64,000 bases of DNA from Candidatus Bathyarchaeia archaeon. GTDB taxonomy: Archaea; Thermoproteota; Bathyarchaeia; Bathyarchaeales; Bathycorpusculaceae. The translations under genes were made by a program, and so were the position numbers. The DNA lies in contig JBEKOM010000004.1 in assembly GCA_049521795.1 (NCBI GenBank), positions 81,261 through 145,260 on the forward strand, given 5' to 3'. The notes beneath the pieces are model-generated. The model saw only the letters and a program-made list of their open reading frames with translations. It had not been told where the DNA came from and made no database searches. Position 1 is the first letter of the stretch; every line of letters begins with the position of its first letter. Below, in pieces: positions 50,201-60,193 of this stretch.

Positions 50201-51532
50201 CTACCAGCTGTGTTGCCACTCGTAGTATATCGTTGCGGCGCCGTTGGCGTCCACGTTTATGACCCATGAAAGACTGGAACCGACTCTGGTGGCTTGCGGT
50301 GTGGAAGTTACTAGTTCGTAGCCGTTGATGTCTTGCTGGATGAGGATCTGGACGTTTATCGATTTGTAGTTTTGGATTGTTATGTTTATTCCTTGGTCCG
50401 CGTAGTTGCTTTGCGATATGGATTTCGTCACTGTTGAGGCGACTTTGATGTCATAGGCGTAGTTGACTATGGCGATGCTTTCTCCATTAACGGGCGTGTA
50501 GCCGATGCTGTCTTCGCCCATCCACTGTTCGCCTCGATAGAACTCGACGGTTCCGGAGGCAAGCGGCTCATTGAGGCTGTTGTTCAGGTGGTACCGGTTC
50601 TGCACTTCGCCTCCTGACCAATAGTATTCTTGCCGAAGTTTCACGGTGCCTTCGAAGAGAGGCAGCTTGATAGTGGTGCCCTTTTCGAAAGACACCTTCG
50701 CGCCATAAGTGTATTCGTGGTATTCGTCCGTTGTACTCGAAGTAAATTGGATTGAGCCATCGCTGACTGATTCCATCATCGGTACCGCACCATAGTATTG
50801 AAAGCCTGAGCTGGCGTACACTAGGTGGGGGCCGCCGCTTACGAGCACTAGGGTGAAGTTTGTCCAGCTTTCCACGTTTGTCAGCGTTGCCCAGCATTGC
50901 AGTTGGCTTGTTTGTAGGTCGACGAAGTACGTGGGCTTCCATGTTGGTCCGCGCATCAGGTAAGAGACGTTCATCTGATAGTTTCCTGCCGGCGAGTCCG
51001 TTGTGACCTGTACGAGTATTCTTGGTCCCTGCACCTGGACCACTTCGTTGAGAATGATCAGCGTGATTCTTGATGTTGGAATCATGACTGTTTCGTTGTT
51101 GACCTGCAGAAGCAGCGAGGTGTCCCAGCTGATGAACGTGCCCGTGTAGTTGCCGGTTTCTGTGCACACCGTTATCACGTCGCCCCTGTTGATTATCGGT
51201 TGATTCTCGTCGCTCGTAACGATTTTGGCAACGTTGATTCCTGTAACTGTGAGCGTGTCGGTTAAAGCGCCTGATGGAAGATAGAACTGAACCGTGCTAG
51301 TGTCGTTCAACAGCGCGATGGCCTGCTCAAACGTTACGAAAGTGACGCCGTTTCCGTAAACTGTGACCTTGTCTGCCGCATCTTCAGGAGTCTGAACCGT
51401 TGTGCCGTTCGTCCGTCCAAAGTTCGTGAACCTCAAGGCTGCAAAGCCAAATCCGACGGCGGAAACTGCCAGAATGCACAGTAGCGCCAATAATTTCTTT
51501 GCGGAAAAACGCATAGGATTCTTCATTTTCAA
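50201..51532 (-). CDS. DUF4139-like secreted protein
   Basis: VTVY.NG, SYL....W.P.Y, WA...N...W....L.LVSG, PL.SG.V..Y. Confidence 0.75.
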   Translation of the reverse strand: MKMKNPMRFSAKKLLALLCILAVSAVGFGFAALRFTNFGRTNGTTVQTPEDAADKVTVYGNGVTFVTFEQAIALLNDTSTVQFYLPSGALTDTLTVTGINVAKIVTSDENQPIINRGDVITVCTETGNYTGTFISWDTSLLLQVNNETVMIPTSRITLIILNEVVQVQGPRILVQVTTDSPAGNYQMNVSYLMRGPTWKPTYFVDLQTSQLQCWATLTNVESWTNFTLVLVSGGPHLVYASSGFQYYGAVPMMESVSDGSIQFTSSTTDEYHEYTYGAKVSFEKGTTIKLPLFEGTVKLRQEYYWSGGEVQNRYHLNNSLNEPLASGTVEFYRGEQWMGEDSIGYTPVNGESIAIVNYAYDIKVASTVTKSISQSNYADQGINITIQNYKSINVQILIQQDINGYELVTSTPQATRVGSSLSWVINVDANGAATIYYEWQHSW

Positions 51533-51762
51533 AGCCTTCCTGAAACCTCTGTACGTATCTGGATCACCGCGCTATTTTATACCAATGTGTGGTACTGGTC
51601 AGCCTAGAAATTAGTACGGTCAAAGACGAGCGCTAGGTTGTAGCGCGCGATGCTCGTGGGTAATAAGCGCGCGCTATAATCTACGTGACGATTGATGTTT
51701 TGTATGATGGTTAGAATTGGTGAGCGTGCGCGCATAGTGTCATGTAGACTTCATGATCATGG

Positions 51763-52038
51763 CTAAGGTTGGGCAACCGATGTTGCCTTTTTTTGTTGCT
51801 TGTCCGAATGTCCTTTAAGGAGCGATGTGACTATGCCAAATACTCCGACGATGAAAAGAATTATGCCACCCCATACTAACCCTATAGCCACGTCATAAGT
51901 CAATGTGTGACCAGCAGAAAACCATTTACTTAGATCAGAAAATACTCCCATTCCACCAATTATCCAACCGCAGATCCAAAAAATAATCCCAACCGCGATT
52001 ACCCAAATACTGGCAATCAGATATTTATTCATACACAT
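51763..52038 (-). CDS. Small membrane protein
   Basis: Two hydrophobic helices. Confidence 0.6.
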   Translation of the reverse strand: MCMNKYLIASIWVIAVGIIFWICGWIIGGMGVFSDLSKWFSAGHTLTYDVAIGLVWGGIILFIVGVFGIVTSLLKGHSDKQQKKATSVAQP

Positions 52039-52205
52039 CTGCGACCTGAAGATTATACCATCTAGTTATCGTGTTGGAATATAATTCTTTGCCTTAAATA
52101 CACCTGTAAGATAAAACTTTACGCCCAAACCCAAACCCACACACACAAAACATTTCAGCCTATGATTTTGCGGAAAAGTTATAGCTGAACTGCTCGCGCT
52201 AGCGC

Positions 52206-52235
52206 GCTGCCTTGTCCCTATATAACGTGTTGAAG
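52206..52235 (+). repeat. 30-bp direct repeat, copy 1
   Basis: GCTGCCTTGTCCCTATATAACGTGTTGAAG; 28/30 identical to 53932-53961. Confidence 0.88.
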
Positions 52236-52286
52236 GCTTTCGCAAACATTTATAGTCTGAAAACGATATTTTGATATGGGCAAATC

Positions 52287-53852
52287 ATGGTCGACGACTT
52301 TTTCTTTGGTTTTGCTGCTCATGCTCACACCAGAAATGAATTGGAAACGGTCGAAGAGAAGGAAAGAGAGCTTAGAAGAAAGAATAGCCCCCAAGAAGCC
52401 CAAAGACTGACAGAGCTAATTCTCAACAAGATCGAAAGAGACATGAAGGAAAACGGTTGCGGTCTTGAAGACGCGAAGCTCTTGCTTCTGTACTCGAGTT
52501 ACAGGGGTGAACCTGAAGAGAAGGACCGATCTATATGCGAATCAATACTCAGGACTATCGAGGAAAAATTCAAGGGACATACTGCACCGTGCGGGCTTCG
52601 CCTGATTGGACATACGACTGCCGGCGAGTTGGAAAACGAAGATTTGGTTCTGAACCAGGTTTCAGGAATTGGATACAATGGTATGTCTCTCATGGTTTTG
52701 ACGAGTAACCTCCCCTTTGGTGTAGGGCGAACGTGGGGTCTCCGAACTGAGGAAGAGGCATTGGAACAAGGGCGAGAAATGGCTCGCGACGCATGGTCAG
52801 ATTTTTGTCAACAGACAGGGATCAGGGAGCAAATGCACAAGAGCAGGACTCTTCACGTGTTGGCGCAGGGGATGACTGGTGAAGGACCTGGATACGAGCA
52901 CTTCCTGTCGGAGGGAATCGCCAGTTTCATGGGCGGCGCACGAGAGGCAAGAATAATGAGTGTAATAGGAGGAAACACGGGCGACGGTTTGCTCGCCTTG
53001 CTATTCCATCAATTCTTCGGAAAGGTAGGGGAACAAGCCCAGCTTAGAATCCTGGATAAAGAAGCTGTCTGCGCCCTCATTCCCAACCTCTCTGAACCCT
53101 CGATAGGTCTCGACATCAGTGCCCACAAGAGAATCGGGCGACCTTACACATTCCACTTCGACCCAGAGAAGGAACCACGCTATATGTACGTGAAACGTAT
53201 TGATAACGAAGATCCATGTGAAGCCTATGCAAAGGCAATTTACGAAAATGAAGCTCGAACAGCGGCAGAAAAAGGTTTACCCCTGACTATCACTGAAAAA
53301 GGTCTTCTTGAAGCATTGCGCCAACCGATGGCGTTTATCCCTTCACATCCAACGATAACATATTACGCTTTTTCTTTTGACTTTGGGAACTATTCCCTCA
53401 TCGGACCCATATGCACCGAGGGGCAGAATCTGAAACTTCAGCGTCCAATCAGAAGTTACACGCCAGAAGTGGCTGGCTACCTCGTTATGAGCGACCACAG
53501 CAAGGTTCCCAAAGGGGCTCGCAACATGTTAAACATGCTGAGAACGGATAGGGGCTTCAGCAAAGGAGACGCAACTGTTATCGTCTCTTGTCTTAGTCGA
53601 AGGCAGTCTGAGCTACTGGCAGGGTGCAAATCGGGAACCGAAGCTGAAATACTGAAAGAGGGGACATCTTCTACCCAGCTGATTGGATTCTTGGCATACG
53701 GAGAGATTTATTTCACTCAATTACTCCAAGAGCCTTACGTGTGGAACGGCAGCTGCTGGGGACTAACCTTTCACTCCACTTCAAGAGAAAAGAAACAGCT
53801 TAAGCCTGAAGGAGAACTTGGAATCAAGGGCTGGATAAAAGGAGAAAGATAA
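52287..53852 (+). CDS. FIST-domain sensory protein
   Basis: LIGHTTAGE, IGG..GD, SC..R, GF.AYGEI...N motifs of FIST N/C domains. Confidence 0.75.
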   Translation: MVDDFFFGFAAHAHTRNELETVEEKERELRRKNSPQEAQRLTELILNKIERDMKENGCGLEDAKLLLLYSSYRGEPEEKDRSICESILRTIEEKFKGHTAPCGLRLIGHTTAGELENEDLVLNQVSGIGYNGMSLMVLTSNLPFGVGRTWGLRTEEEALEQGREMARDAWSDFCQQTGIREQMHKSRTLHVLAQGMTGEGPGYEHFLSEGIASFMGGAREARIMSVIGGNTGDGLLALLFHQFFGKVGEQAQLRILDKEAVCALIPNLSEPSIGLDISAHKRIGRPYTFHFDPEKEPRYMYVKRIDNEDPCEAYAKAIYENEARTAAEKGLPLTITEKGLLEALRQPMAFIPSHPTITYYAFSFDFGNYSLIGPICTEGQNLKLQRPIRSYTPEVAGYLVMSDHSKVPKGARNMLNMLRTDRGFSKGDATVIVSCLSRRQSELLAGCKSGTEAEILKEGTSSTQLIGFLAYGEIYFTQLLQEPYVWNGSCWGLTFHSTSREKKQLKPEGELGIKGWIKGER

Positions 53853-53931
53853 AACCTAAACTAGTTTTAGCTCGCGCTAATCAATCAGTTCTTCCTCAGT
53901 ACATCTGTGTGCTGTAATATAACACGCGGCA

Positions 53932-53961
53932 GCTGCCTTGTCCCGATATTACGTGTTGAAG
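53932..53961 (+). repeat. 30-bp direct repeat, copy 2 (overlaps transposase 3' end)
   Basis: GCTGCCTTGTCCCGATATTACGTGTTGAAG. Confidence 0.88.
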
Positions 53962-54397
53962 TATGTTGGTGAGACTGTCTTGTCGGGTCTTCTGATGTTT
54001 TCTGCTGCTTCTCTGTTTAAGACCAAGCAGAACAGGCTGTAGAGAGCGTAGGACGCGATGTTTCTCAAGCCTCTGACCTTGTTGACGGCTAGGCTCCACT
54101 GCGTCTTTAGGAAGCTGTAGACGGCTTCTATGTGCGGTCTCTTGTGGTACTCTTTTTTCTGGTCTTCCGGCCCGTAGGTTCTGAACTTCTTGTCCACTCT
54201 GAGCACGCCTTTGACGCCGCGCTTCTGGTTTGAGGGGTAAGGAATAACCACTTCGTCGACGACGTCCCTGATTTTTTCGTCGCTGTACTGGCTGTCGGCT
54301 ATCACGCTTCTCAGTTTGGCGGCTGACCGTTTGAGGATTAGCTTCGTCTTCCCAAGCATGCTTGGCGAGTGCTTCTTCTCGTTCTCGTTGGCCGGAG
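53949..54397 (-). mobile_element. C-terminal fragment of a DDE transposase (IS5/IS1182-like)
   Basis: PANENE, IADSQYS, Y.KR..IE...S.LK, VRGL motifs; transposase-like sequence stops at GCGCGCGC 54397. Confidence 0.8.
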
Positions 54398-54544
54398 CGC
54401 GCGCTATGTTATCCAAGTTCAAACTAGCCAAAATGGAGCAAGAACTCTCATTCTTCTCCATTCTAGACTTTTTACCCAATCAAATACAAATTGCTTAAGC
54501 AAGAAAATGTCAACCCAAATAATCTAGCAATAGGCTGGCGCGCG

Positions 54545-55228
54545 CTATCGTCTTTGAACATAGATGTAATTTGTCTTGTGCCCTATTCTTCGCCATCCAT
54601 CGTACAAATACGCGTATACCGTGTAGGGCCCCGTTTCCTTGGGCGTGAACTCGGCTGAGTAACGGGCTTCCTCTCCGGCGGAAAGTTCCTTTATTTCTGT
54701 TGTGGCCTGCTTTTCAGATTTTCCTGATGGGGGTTCCACCCAGAATTCCAGTTTCAATCCCGTACCTTTCCTCAGGCCCTTGACGGTTGCCTCGGCCGAG
54801 AGGGTCTTTCCAATTTGCGTATATGGATGCGAAAGCACCAGTACGCGTTCGAGTTCCGCTTTTTCCTCGCTTACGTAGATGCGAGTCCAGCCGGATTCCC
54901 ACCAGAAGTAGTTTTTTTCTTCATGTGCCATGATGGTGGCGTATACATCAGCTGACCCTAACGCATTAATCCGGAAAACCAGTTCGACCTCTTCATTTGG
55001 CTTTAACGCTTTAAGGTATTGTCCAGCTCCAAACGCATACCATGTTCCATAGACGGTTAGGTGATATGTATCCAAAGAGTGCAATTGTATGTCGACTCCT
55101 GTAAGAGTGTCCCTTGATGTGTTTTTCAGTTTCAATGTTACCCAGCTAGTTCCTTTCTCCACTGTCGTAGGATTCAACTCGTACTCCATGGGGTACTTAT
55201 ATCTCGACATTGTTGCCGTCATTTTCAA
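54545..55228 (-). CDS. Hypothetical protein with two beta-sandwich (Ig/CARDB-like) domains
   Basis: L.P.EE, L.AGEE..Y..F.P..G.Y.V patterns. Confidence 0.65.
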   Translation of the reverse strand: MKMTATMSRYKYPMEYELNPTTVEKGTSWVTLKLKNTSRDTLTGVDIQLHSLDTYHLTVYGTWYAFGAGQYLKALKPNEEVELVFRINALGSADVYATIMAHEEKNYFWWESGWTRIYVSEEKAELERVLVLSHPYTQIGKTLSAEATVKGLRKGTGLKLEFWVEPPSGKSEKQATTEIKELSAGEEARYSAEFTPKETGPYTVYAYLYDGWRRIGHKTNYIYVQRR

Positions 55229-55601
55229 TTCACCGTTATCCCATACTGTACTACATGTGTATGCACTTTTAAGATTTTTTTGTTTTATGTGTTTATGTAT
55301 TTAACGCGCGCGGTTCATTATGAGGGGGTAAGTTTTTGAGCGAATTTTACCCCTCGTAGCATCAACCGACTATCCTATCCTTATCCTGTTCCATTAATGT
55401 CCATTGATGTATCAGCGCGCGCGTGGTTGCTAAAGCATTGAACCGAGAATCTGAAGAATTCTAACAGAAAGTCAGAGAAGTTTGTAACGTATCTGAGAGA
55501 GAAAAGAACAAGTAACTTTTACCATGGGGTGATAGAAAAAGCGGAAAACTTGCAGCACTTATCGCATTTTAGTTCTTTTCAGAACGGTGTTTAGAAACTC
55601 A

Positions 55602-55775
55602 CTAATATTCTTTCAGCTTTCTTTTCGCTTTACCGATTTCTTCTCTGGCTTTTCCTTCGGCTTGTTCGACCTTGCCTTTTAACTGTTCTTTCCTGTTTCC
55701 CCTTATTATCCCCACATCTTCACGGACTTTTCCTTTAATTTGCTTTTCTTTGCCCTTTCTTTCATCTCTACTCAT
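55602..55775 (-). CDS. csbD: CsbD-family stress protein
   Basis: MSRDERKGKEKQIKGKVREDVG...GKVEQAEGKAREEIG; below the ORF-track size cutoff. Confidence 0.75.
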   Translation of the reverse strand: MSRDERKGKEKQIKGKVREDVGIIRGNRKEQLKGKVEQAEGKAREEIGKAKRKLKEY

Positions 55776-55950
55776 GACAAAATTCTCCTAATGATAATGG
55801 TGTTTGAGCAGTTAATAACCTTTAGCTCGGTCTCACCTCGAGGGAGTAAGCGCGCGCGATGTCCGTGGGCTGAAGTCGTAAAGAATATATGGATATCGGT
55901 TGTTCGATATCGGGAAGTGCGTGTTACGCAATTGTCTTCGTCATTCGTAG

Positions 55951-56946
55951 GTGACCGGTGTGGTTGAGGGCCTTGTGATCGAAACGAGGGAGCTTAGGAA
56001 GACTTTCGTTTCTAAAGAGAGAGGTGGAAAGAAGCAGGTTGAAGCGGTTAAGGGCATAGACCTCGCTGTGAGGAGAGGGGAGATTTTTGGTTTTCTCGGT
56101 CCGAACGGCGCTGGTAAGTCTACGACGCAGAGGATGCTTTCCACTCTTCTGTGTCCTACTGGTGGAGAGGCGAAGATACTGGGGTATGACTTGGCGGAGG
56201 AGCAGGAGGAGATTAGGCAGAACGTCGGGTACGTGAGCCAAGCCGGCGGGGCAGACTTGGCTTCTACGGGTCTTGAGAATCTGGTCTTGCAGGCTCAGCT
56301 GTACGGTTTGGACGTTTTGACCGCGAAGAAATACGCGGCCGAGTTTGCGGAGCGTTTCCAGATGAACTCGTTTGTTAATAGGCCTGCCTCGTCCTACTCG
56401 GGTGGCCAGAAACGCCGCTTGGACGTTGCGCTCGGGATGATTCATCATCCGCGGCTGCTTCTGCTCGATGAACCGACGTCGGGTCTTGACCCGCAGAGCA
56501 GAGCGTACCTGTGGGAGCAGATTAGGAAGCTGAAGGCTGAGGGGGTGACCGTTTTCTTGACGACCCAGTACATGGATGAGGCCGACAAGCTTTGCGACAG
56601 AATAGCGATCATAGATAACGGGGTGATCGTCGTAACCGGGACGCCGGAGGAGTTGAAGGGCAACGTCGGCGGCGACACGATCGTGTTCGGTTTTCCCATG
56701 GAGGAGGTCGCCCGCAAGGCCGAAGCTGTGTTGACGGAGAACACTCAGCTGGAGAAGATTCACTCGGTGAACAGTTCCGTGCTTCTGTACGCTAAGGACG
56801 GGGAGAGAATGATGCCTGACCTTCTAAGGTCGCTGGATGCAAAACGCTTAGACGTGCAAAGCATCATGTTGTCCAGGCCGAGTCTGGATGACGTTTTCTT
56901 GAAGTACACTGGCCGTTCACTGAGGGAGGATGAGAGGGAAAAATGA
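55951..56946 (+). CDS. DrrA-like ABC exporter ATP-binding protein
   Basis: GPNGAGKST, YSGGQKRR, LDEPTSGLDPQSR, PSLDDVFL. Confidence 0.93.
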   Translation: MTGVVEGLVIETRELRKTFVSKERGGKKQVEAVKGIDLAVRRGEIFGFLGPNGAGKSTTQRMLSTLLCPTGGEAKILGYDLAEEQEEIRQNVGYVSQAGGADLASTGLENLVLQAQLYGLDVLTAKKYAAEFAERFQMNSFVNRPASSYSGGQKRRLDVALGMIHHPRLLLLDEPTSGLDPQSRAYLWEQIRKLKAEGVTVFLTTQYMDEADKLCDRIAIIDNGVIVVTGTPEELKGNVGGDTIVFGFPMEEVARKAEAVLTENTQLEKIHSVNSSVLLYAKDGERMMPDLLRSLDAKRLDVQSIMLSRPSLDDVFLKYTGRSLREDEREK

Positions 56947-57710
56947 AAATGAAGATGTTACGCGACACGAAGTTGATGTTCGTCCGCAACGTGCAGCACA
57001 CGGTTCGCAACCCAGTTTTTGTTTTTGCAAGCATGTTTCAGCCGCTTCTTTATCTGCTCTTGTTCATGCCGCTTCTGAACAGTCTCGGCGGTGTTTCAGG
57101 GTTACCAGTAGGGAAGACGGTTGACGTGTTCATCCCGGGCCTTTTGGTTATGCAGGCGCTGTTCGGTTCAGCGTTCGTGGGGTTCTCGCTTATCGATGAC
57201 ATCAGATCGGGTGTAATAGAGCGTTTCTTGGTGACTCCCGTGGGACGGTCAGCGATCCTGTTGGGCAGAGTTCTTAGAGACGGTGTTGTTCTCCTTCTCC
57301 AATGCGTCCTGATAACGCTTGTCGCGATCCCGTTTGGGCTAAGCGTGAACGCCGGTGGATTCTTGCTCTCTCTGGTGCTGTACGCTTTGATCGGAGTTTC
57401 GATGGCTTCCATGTCGTACGGTTTTGCTCTTATTTACAAGGTTGAAGACCCTTTGGCTCCGACGCTGAACACGATAGCGCTGCCCGTTTCTCTGCTATCA
57501 GGAATCATCCTTCCTCTCGCGCTTGCTCCTCTCTGGCTTCAAGACGTCGCGAAGGGTAATCCGTTCTCGTACGGAGTTGATGCTGCACGCGCGTTGTTTG
57601 CGGGCAACTTTCAGAACGTCGCGATCTTCGAGGGTTTCGTCATCATCACCGTGCTTGCAATCGTCATATTCCTGTTGGCGTTGAGGCAGCTCAACAAAAT
57701 GGCGTCATGA
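56943..57710 (+). CDS. ABC-2 permease (DrrB-like)
   Basis: FQPLLYL, PG, G..ER..VTP..R, NPFSY.VDA.R. Confidence 0.9.
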   Translation: MKMKMLRDTKLMFVRNVQHTVRNPVFVFASMFQPLLYLLLFMPLLNSLGGVSGLPVGKTVDVFIPGLLVMQALFGSAFVGFSLIDDIRSGVIERFLVTPVGRSAILLGRVLRDGVVLLLQCVLITLVAIPFGLSVNAGGFLLSLVLYALIGVSMASMSYGFALIYKVEDPLAPTLNTIALPVSLLSGIILPLALAPLWLQDVAKGNPFSYGVDAARALFAGNFQNVAIFEGFVIITVLAIVIFLLALRQLNKMAS

Positions 57711-57787
57711 CTGCAAGCCGATTACTTTGCAGTTCTTCGGTACCGGTGCGTTGTTGGCGCGTGCTCAATTTGTCACAATCGCATGTC

Positions 57788-58873
57788 TTAACGCGAGTAT
57801 TTGAAGCTGAAGCCTTTCTGAACTTTCTTAACTGTGGCTGTCAAGAGCTTGACGGAATTGACAACGTCATTGACGTCCAAGACTTCGTACGAGTGGGCAT
57901 ATCTCGTTGGAATGGAGATCACGCCACTGGGAACACCTTCCCTCGTCAAATGAATCGTTGCCGCGTCAGTAGAACCATGGGGCAAGACTTCCATTTGATA
58001 TGGAATTTTCTCCTCCTCTGCGCTCGAAACCAGAAGCTCCCTCACTTTTGGATGAGAGATCAAACCCAGAGCTCCACCTGCGTTATCCATGACTTTTATG
58101 GCTGGACCCGCGCCAACTTTGGTCACTTGATCTTTTTCGGCGATGCCTGGAATGTCTCCAGCAAGTGTTATGTCAACGGCTATAGCCATGTCGGGAGCGA
58201 TCTTGTATGCTGCGACTTGTGCTCCACGGCAACCGACTTCTTCTTGGACGTCTGCTACGCCGTAAACGTTTGCTTCAAGTTTCTCTTTTGCAAGTTTCTT
58301 CATGGTTTCTATGGTCACGCACACGCCGACCCGATCGTCAAACGCCTTGCTGGCAAGTATATTTCCCGATCCGAGAGCTTTGAATGGCCGTTCGAAAGTG
58401 ACTGAGTCTCCGATGTGGATGCCTAGCCTCTCAGCTTCTTTCCTGTTCTTAGCTCCTATGTCGATAAAAAACGCCTTTAGATCAGGCATTTTATTCGCTT
58501 CTTCCGGTGTTTCGGGAGGCTTGCAGTGAGTCAAGCCGCTTACTGGACCTTTCTTGCAATGGACGGTGACAGACTGGGAGAATAAAGATCTTGGAGACAC
58601 TCCGCCGATTCTTTCGAAGTGTAGAAAGCCCTTCTCATCGATGTGCTTGATGAGAAGCCCGATCTCGTCCATGTGCCCGGCAAGCATGATCTTTGGGCCG
58701 TCCTTCACACTGGCTTTTTTCAGGGATATCACGTTGCCGAAATTATCTGTCTCGATCGAGTCGACATATCGTTCAAGCTCATGGTAAATTATCTTTCCAA
58801 CATCCATCTCGTATCCGGCGACTCCGGAGGCTTCAGTCAGACGTTTCAGAAGACCCTTTATTTCGTTCTCCAA
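57788..58873 (-). CDS. M42 family (TET-like) aminopeptidase
   Basis: AGHMDEIG, KAFDDR, VQEEVG.RGA, VDIT, GSTDA, PTRYAHS. Confidence 0.93.
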   Translation of the reverse strand: MENEIKGLLKRLTEASGVAGYEMDVGKIIYHELERYVDSIETDNFGNVISLKKASVKDGPKIMLAGHMDEIGLLIKHIDEKGFLHFERIGGVSPRSLFSQSVTVHCKKGPVSGLTHCKPPETPEEANKMPDLKAFFIDIGAKNRKEAERLGIHIGDSVTFERPFKALGSGNILASKAFDDRVGVCVTIETMKKLAKEKLEANVYGVADVQEEVGCRGAQVAAYKIAPDMAIAVDITLAGDIPGIAEKDQVTKVGAGPAIKVMDNAGGALGLISHPKVRELLVSSAEEEKIPYQMEVLPHGSTDAATIHLTREGVPSGVISIPTRYAHSYEVLDVNDVVNSVKLLTATVKKVQKGFSFKYSR

Positions 58874-59080
58874 GCCAATTCAACTCGCAACGCGTGCGCT
58901 GATAGCGTGCACTATGCTGTAGTGTCAATAAAAGATTTTTCCAGATCCACGCGCGCCTGAGCAGGGGACGCGAAGGAATCAGGGGAGTTGATACTTGGCT
59001 AACAAGAGACCAGTAGCGCGCATTAATTCAAAGTTTTCAGGCTGCTTTGTGGGTAGTAACTGCAGAGACTTTATTGTGCC

Positions 59081-59467
59081 TCAACCAATTGGGGTGTTTC
59101 GGTCGAAATAACTGGTCTCCTGTTCAACCTGCACTGTGAGGCCTGATTTAGTGAGGAAGTCTTCCACCGTGTGAACGTAGGAGTCGTGGGCACCGTAGGT
59201 GATTCCAAGAAGCCCAGACCCTGCGGCGCATGCGATGATTTCGAGTCGCGTCTCAGTGTTCGAGACTTCTTCCAGAGTGATTAACAATGCTGCGTCGTTC
59301 TTCACTCTGAAAAAAAAGTGTTCTCCCAGGATGACTCCTATCGAAGGTTCTCCGGCCTTCCCAAACTTCTTTGCGTATATGTCCCCGAATTCCGTTCCTA
59401 ATTCTTGGAAGACCTTCTCGAATGAGCCCTTGACAGTGCACCTTAAATAATGAGATGTCACGCGCAA
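59081..59467 (-). CDS. Hypothetical protein
   Basis: 128-aa ORF, E.FFFRV.N...L, AGSGL..YGA pattern. Confidence 0.65.
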   Translation of the reverse strand: MRVTSHYLRCTVKGSFEKVFQELGTEFGDIYAKKFGKAGEPSIGVILGEHFFFRVKNDAALLITLEEVSNTETRLEIIACAAGSGLLGITYGAHDSYVHTVEDFLTKSGLTVQVEQETSYFDRNTPIG

Positions 59468-59556
59468 TTCGCCTCCAAATACGCCTTCTAAGGCTCGTGC
59501 ACTTAACTATTTGCTCTTAGCAGAGCGCGCTTTGAATACATCTGTGGAAAAAATGG

Positions 59557-59739
59557 TTAGAGTTCCTCAGGGAACGCTTCCAAGTATCCCTCGATGGCCT
59601 CTCGTACGTTCGTCAAAGCTTGTCTGCGATTTTCTCCCTGGCTGATGACTCCTGGAAGCTCCACACACTGCACTGAGTATCCGCCCTCGGGCTCCTCTCG
59701 CAGTATTACCGTGAACTTCCTGCCCTTGACTTCAACCAT
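59557..59739 (-). CDS. hicB: HicB-family antitoxin (no adjacent HicA)
   Basis: EEPEGGYSV.C.ELPG.ISQGE...AL.N.REAI..YL. Confidence 0.88.
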   Translation of the reverse strand: MVEVKGRKFTVILREEPEGGYSVQCVELPGVISQGENRRQALTNVREAIEGYLEAFPEEL

Positions 59740-60064
59740 AAAATCACGTCAACATAGGAGGGACACTAAGTCGTTATAAACTTTCATTTTAAACTCGTCT
59801 TACCTTTTCAATCTTCACGCATTCATGCTAGATTTAACACGCCTACACGCGCGCGTTCGATATGATCAAAGTGTCAACTATGGTTGGTCCCTATGTGTAA
59901 TGAACCTAAAGTCACGTCGATCGTGAAATATTCGAAGAATCTTGCCGCAGCGTGCCATTCGGGATACAGAATCGCGACTTGTCGGTTAGAGTGTTATTCA
60001 AAACATGCGATATTTGGGTAATTAGCTATCGAAATGTGCGCAGTTGTGCGCGTTTTTCAGAAAG

Positions 60065-60179
60065 TTAATGTTGTATGCCCATTGATGGGTAACTGCGTTA
60101 AATTTCTGTTTTACTGGGAGCTTGGCAAGTTTTAAATATTTTTAATGCAGTATGCCATAAAATGGATAACTACGTTAAA
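60065..60179 (+). promoter_or_regulatory. Putative operator pair flanking the abiE promoter
   Basis: Two imperfect 38-bp direct repeats (60065-60102, 60142-60179) on either side of TTTAAATA at 60131. Confidence 0.6.
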
Positions 60180-60193
60180 AAAGTGAAAAGGCT

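Noticed and set aside
55924-56763. 279-aa minus-strand ORF
   Set aside because: Antisense shadow of the ABC ATPase, with no independent motifs.
57707-58405. 232-aa plus-strand ORF
   Set aside because: Antisense shadow of the M42 peptidase.
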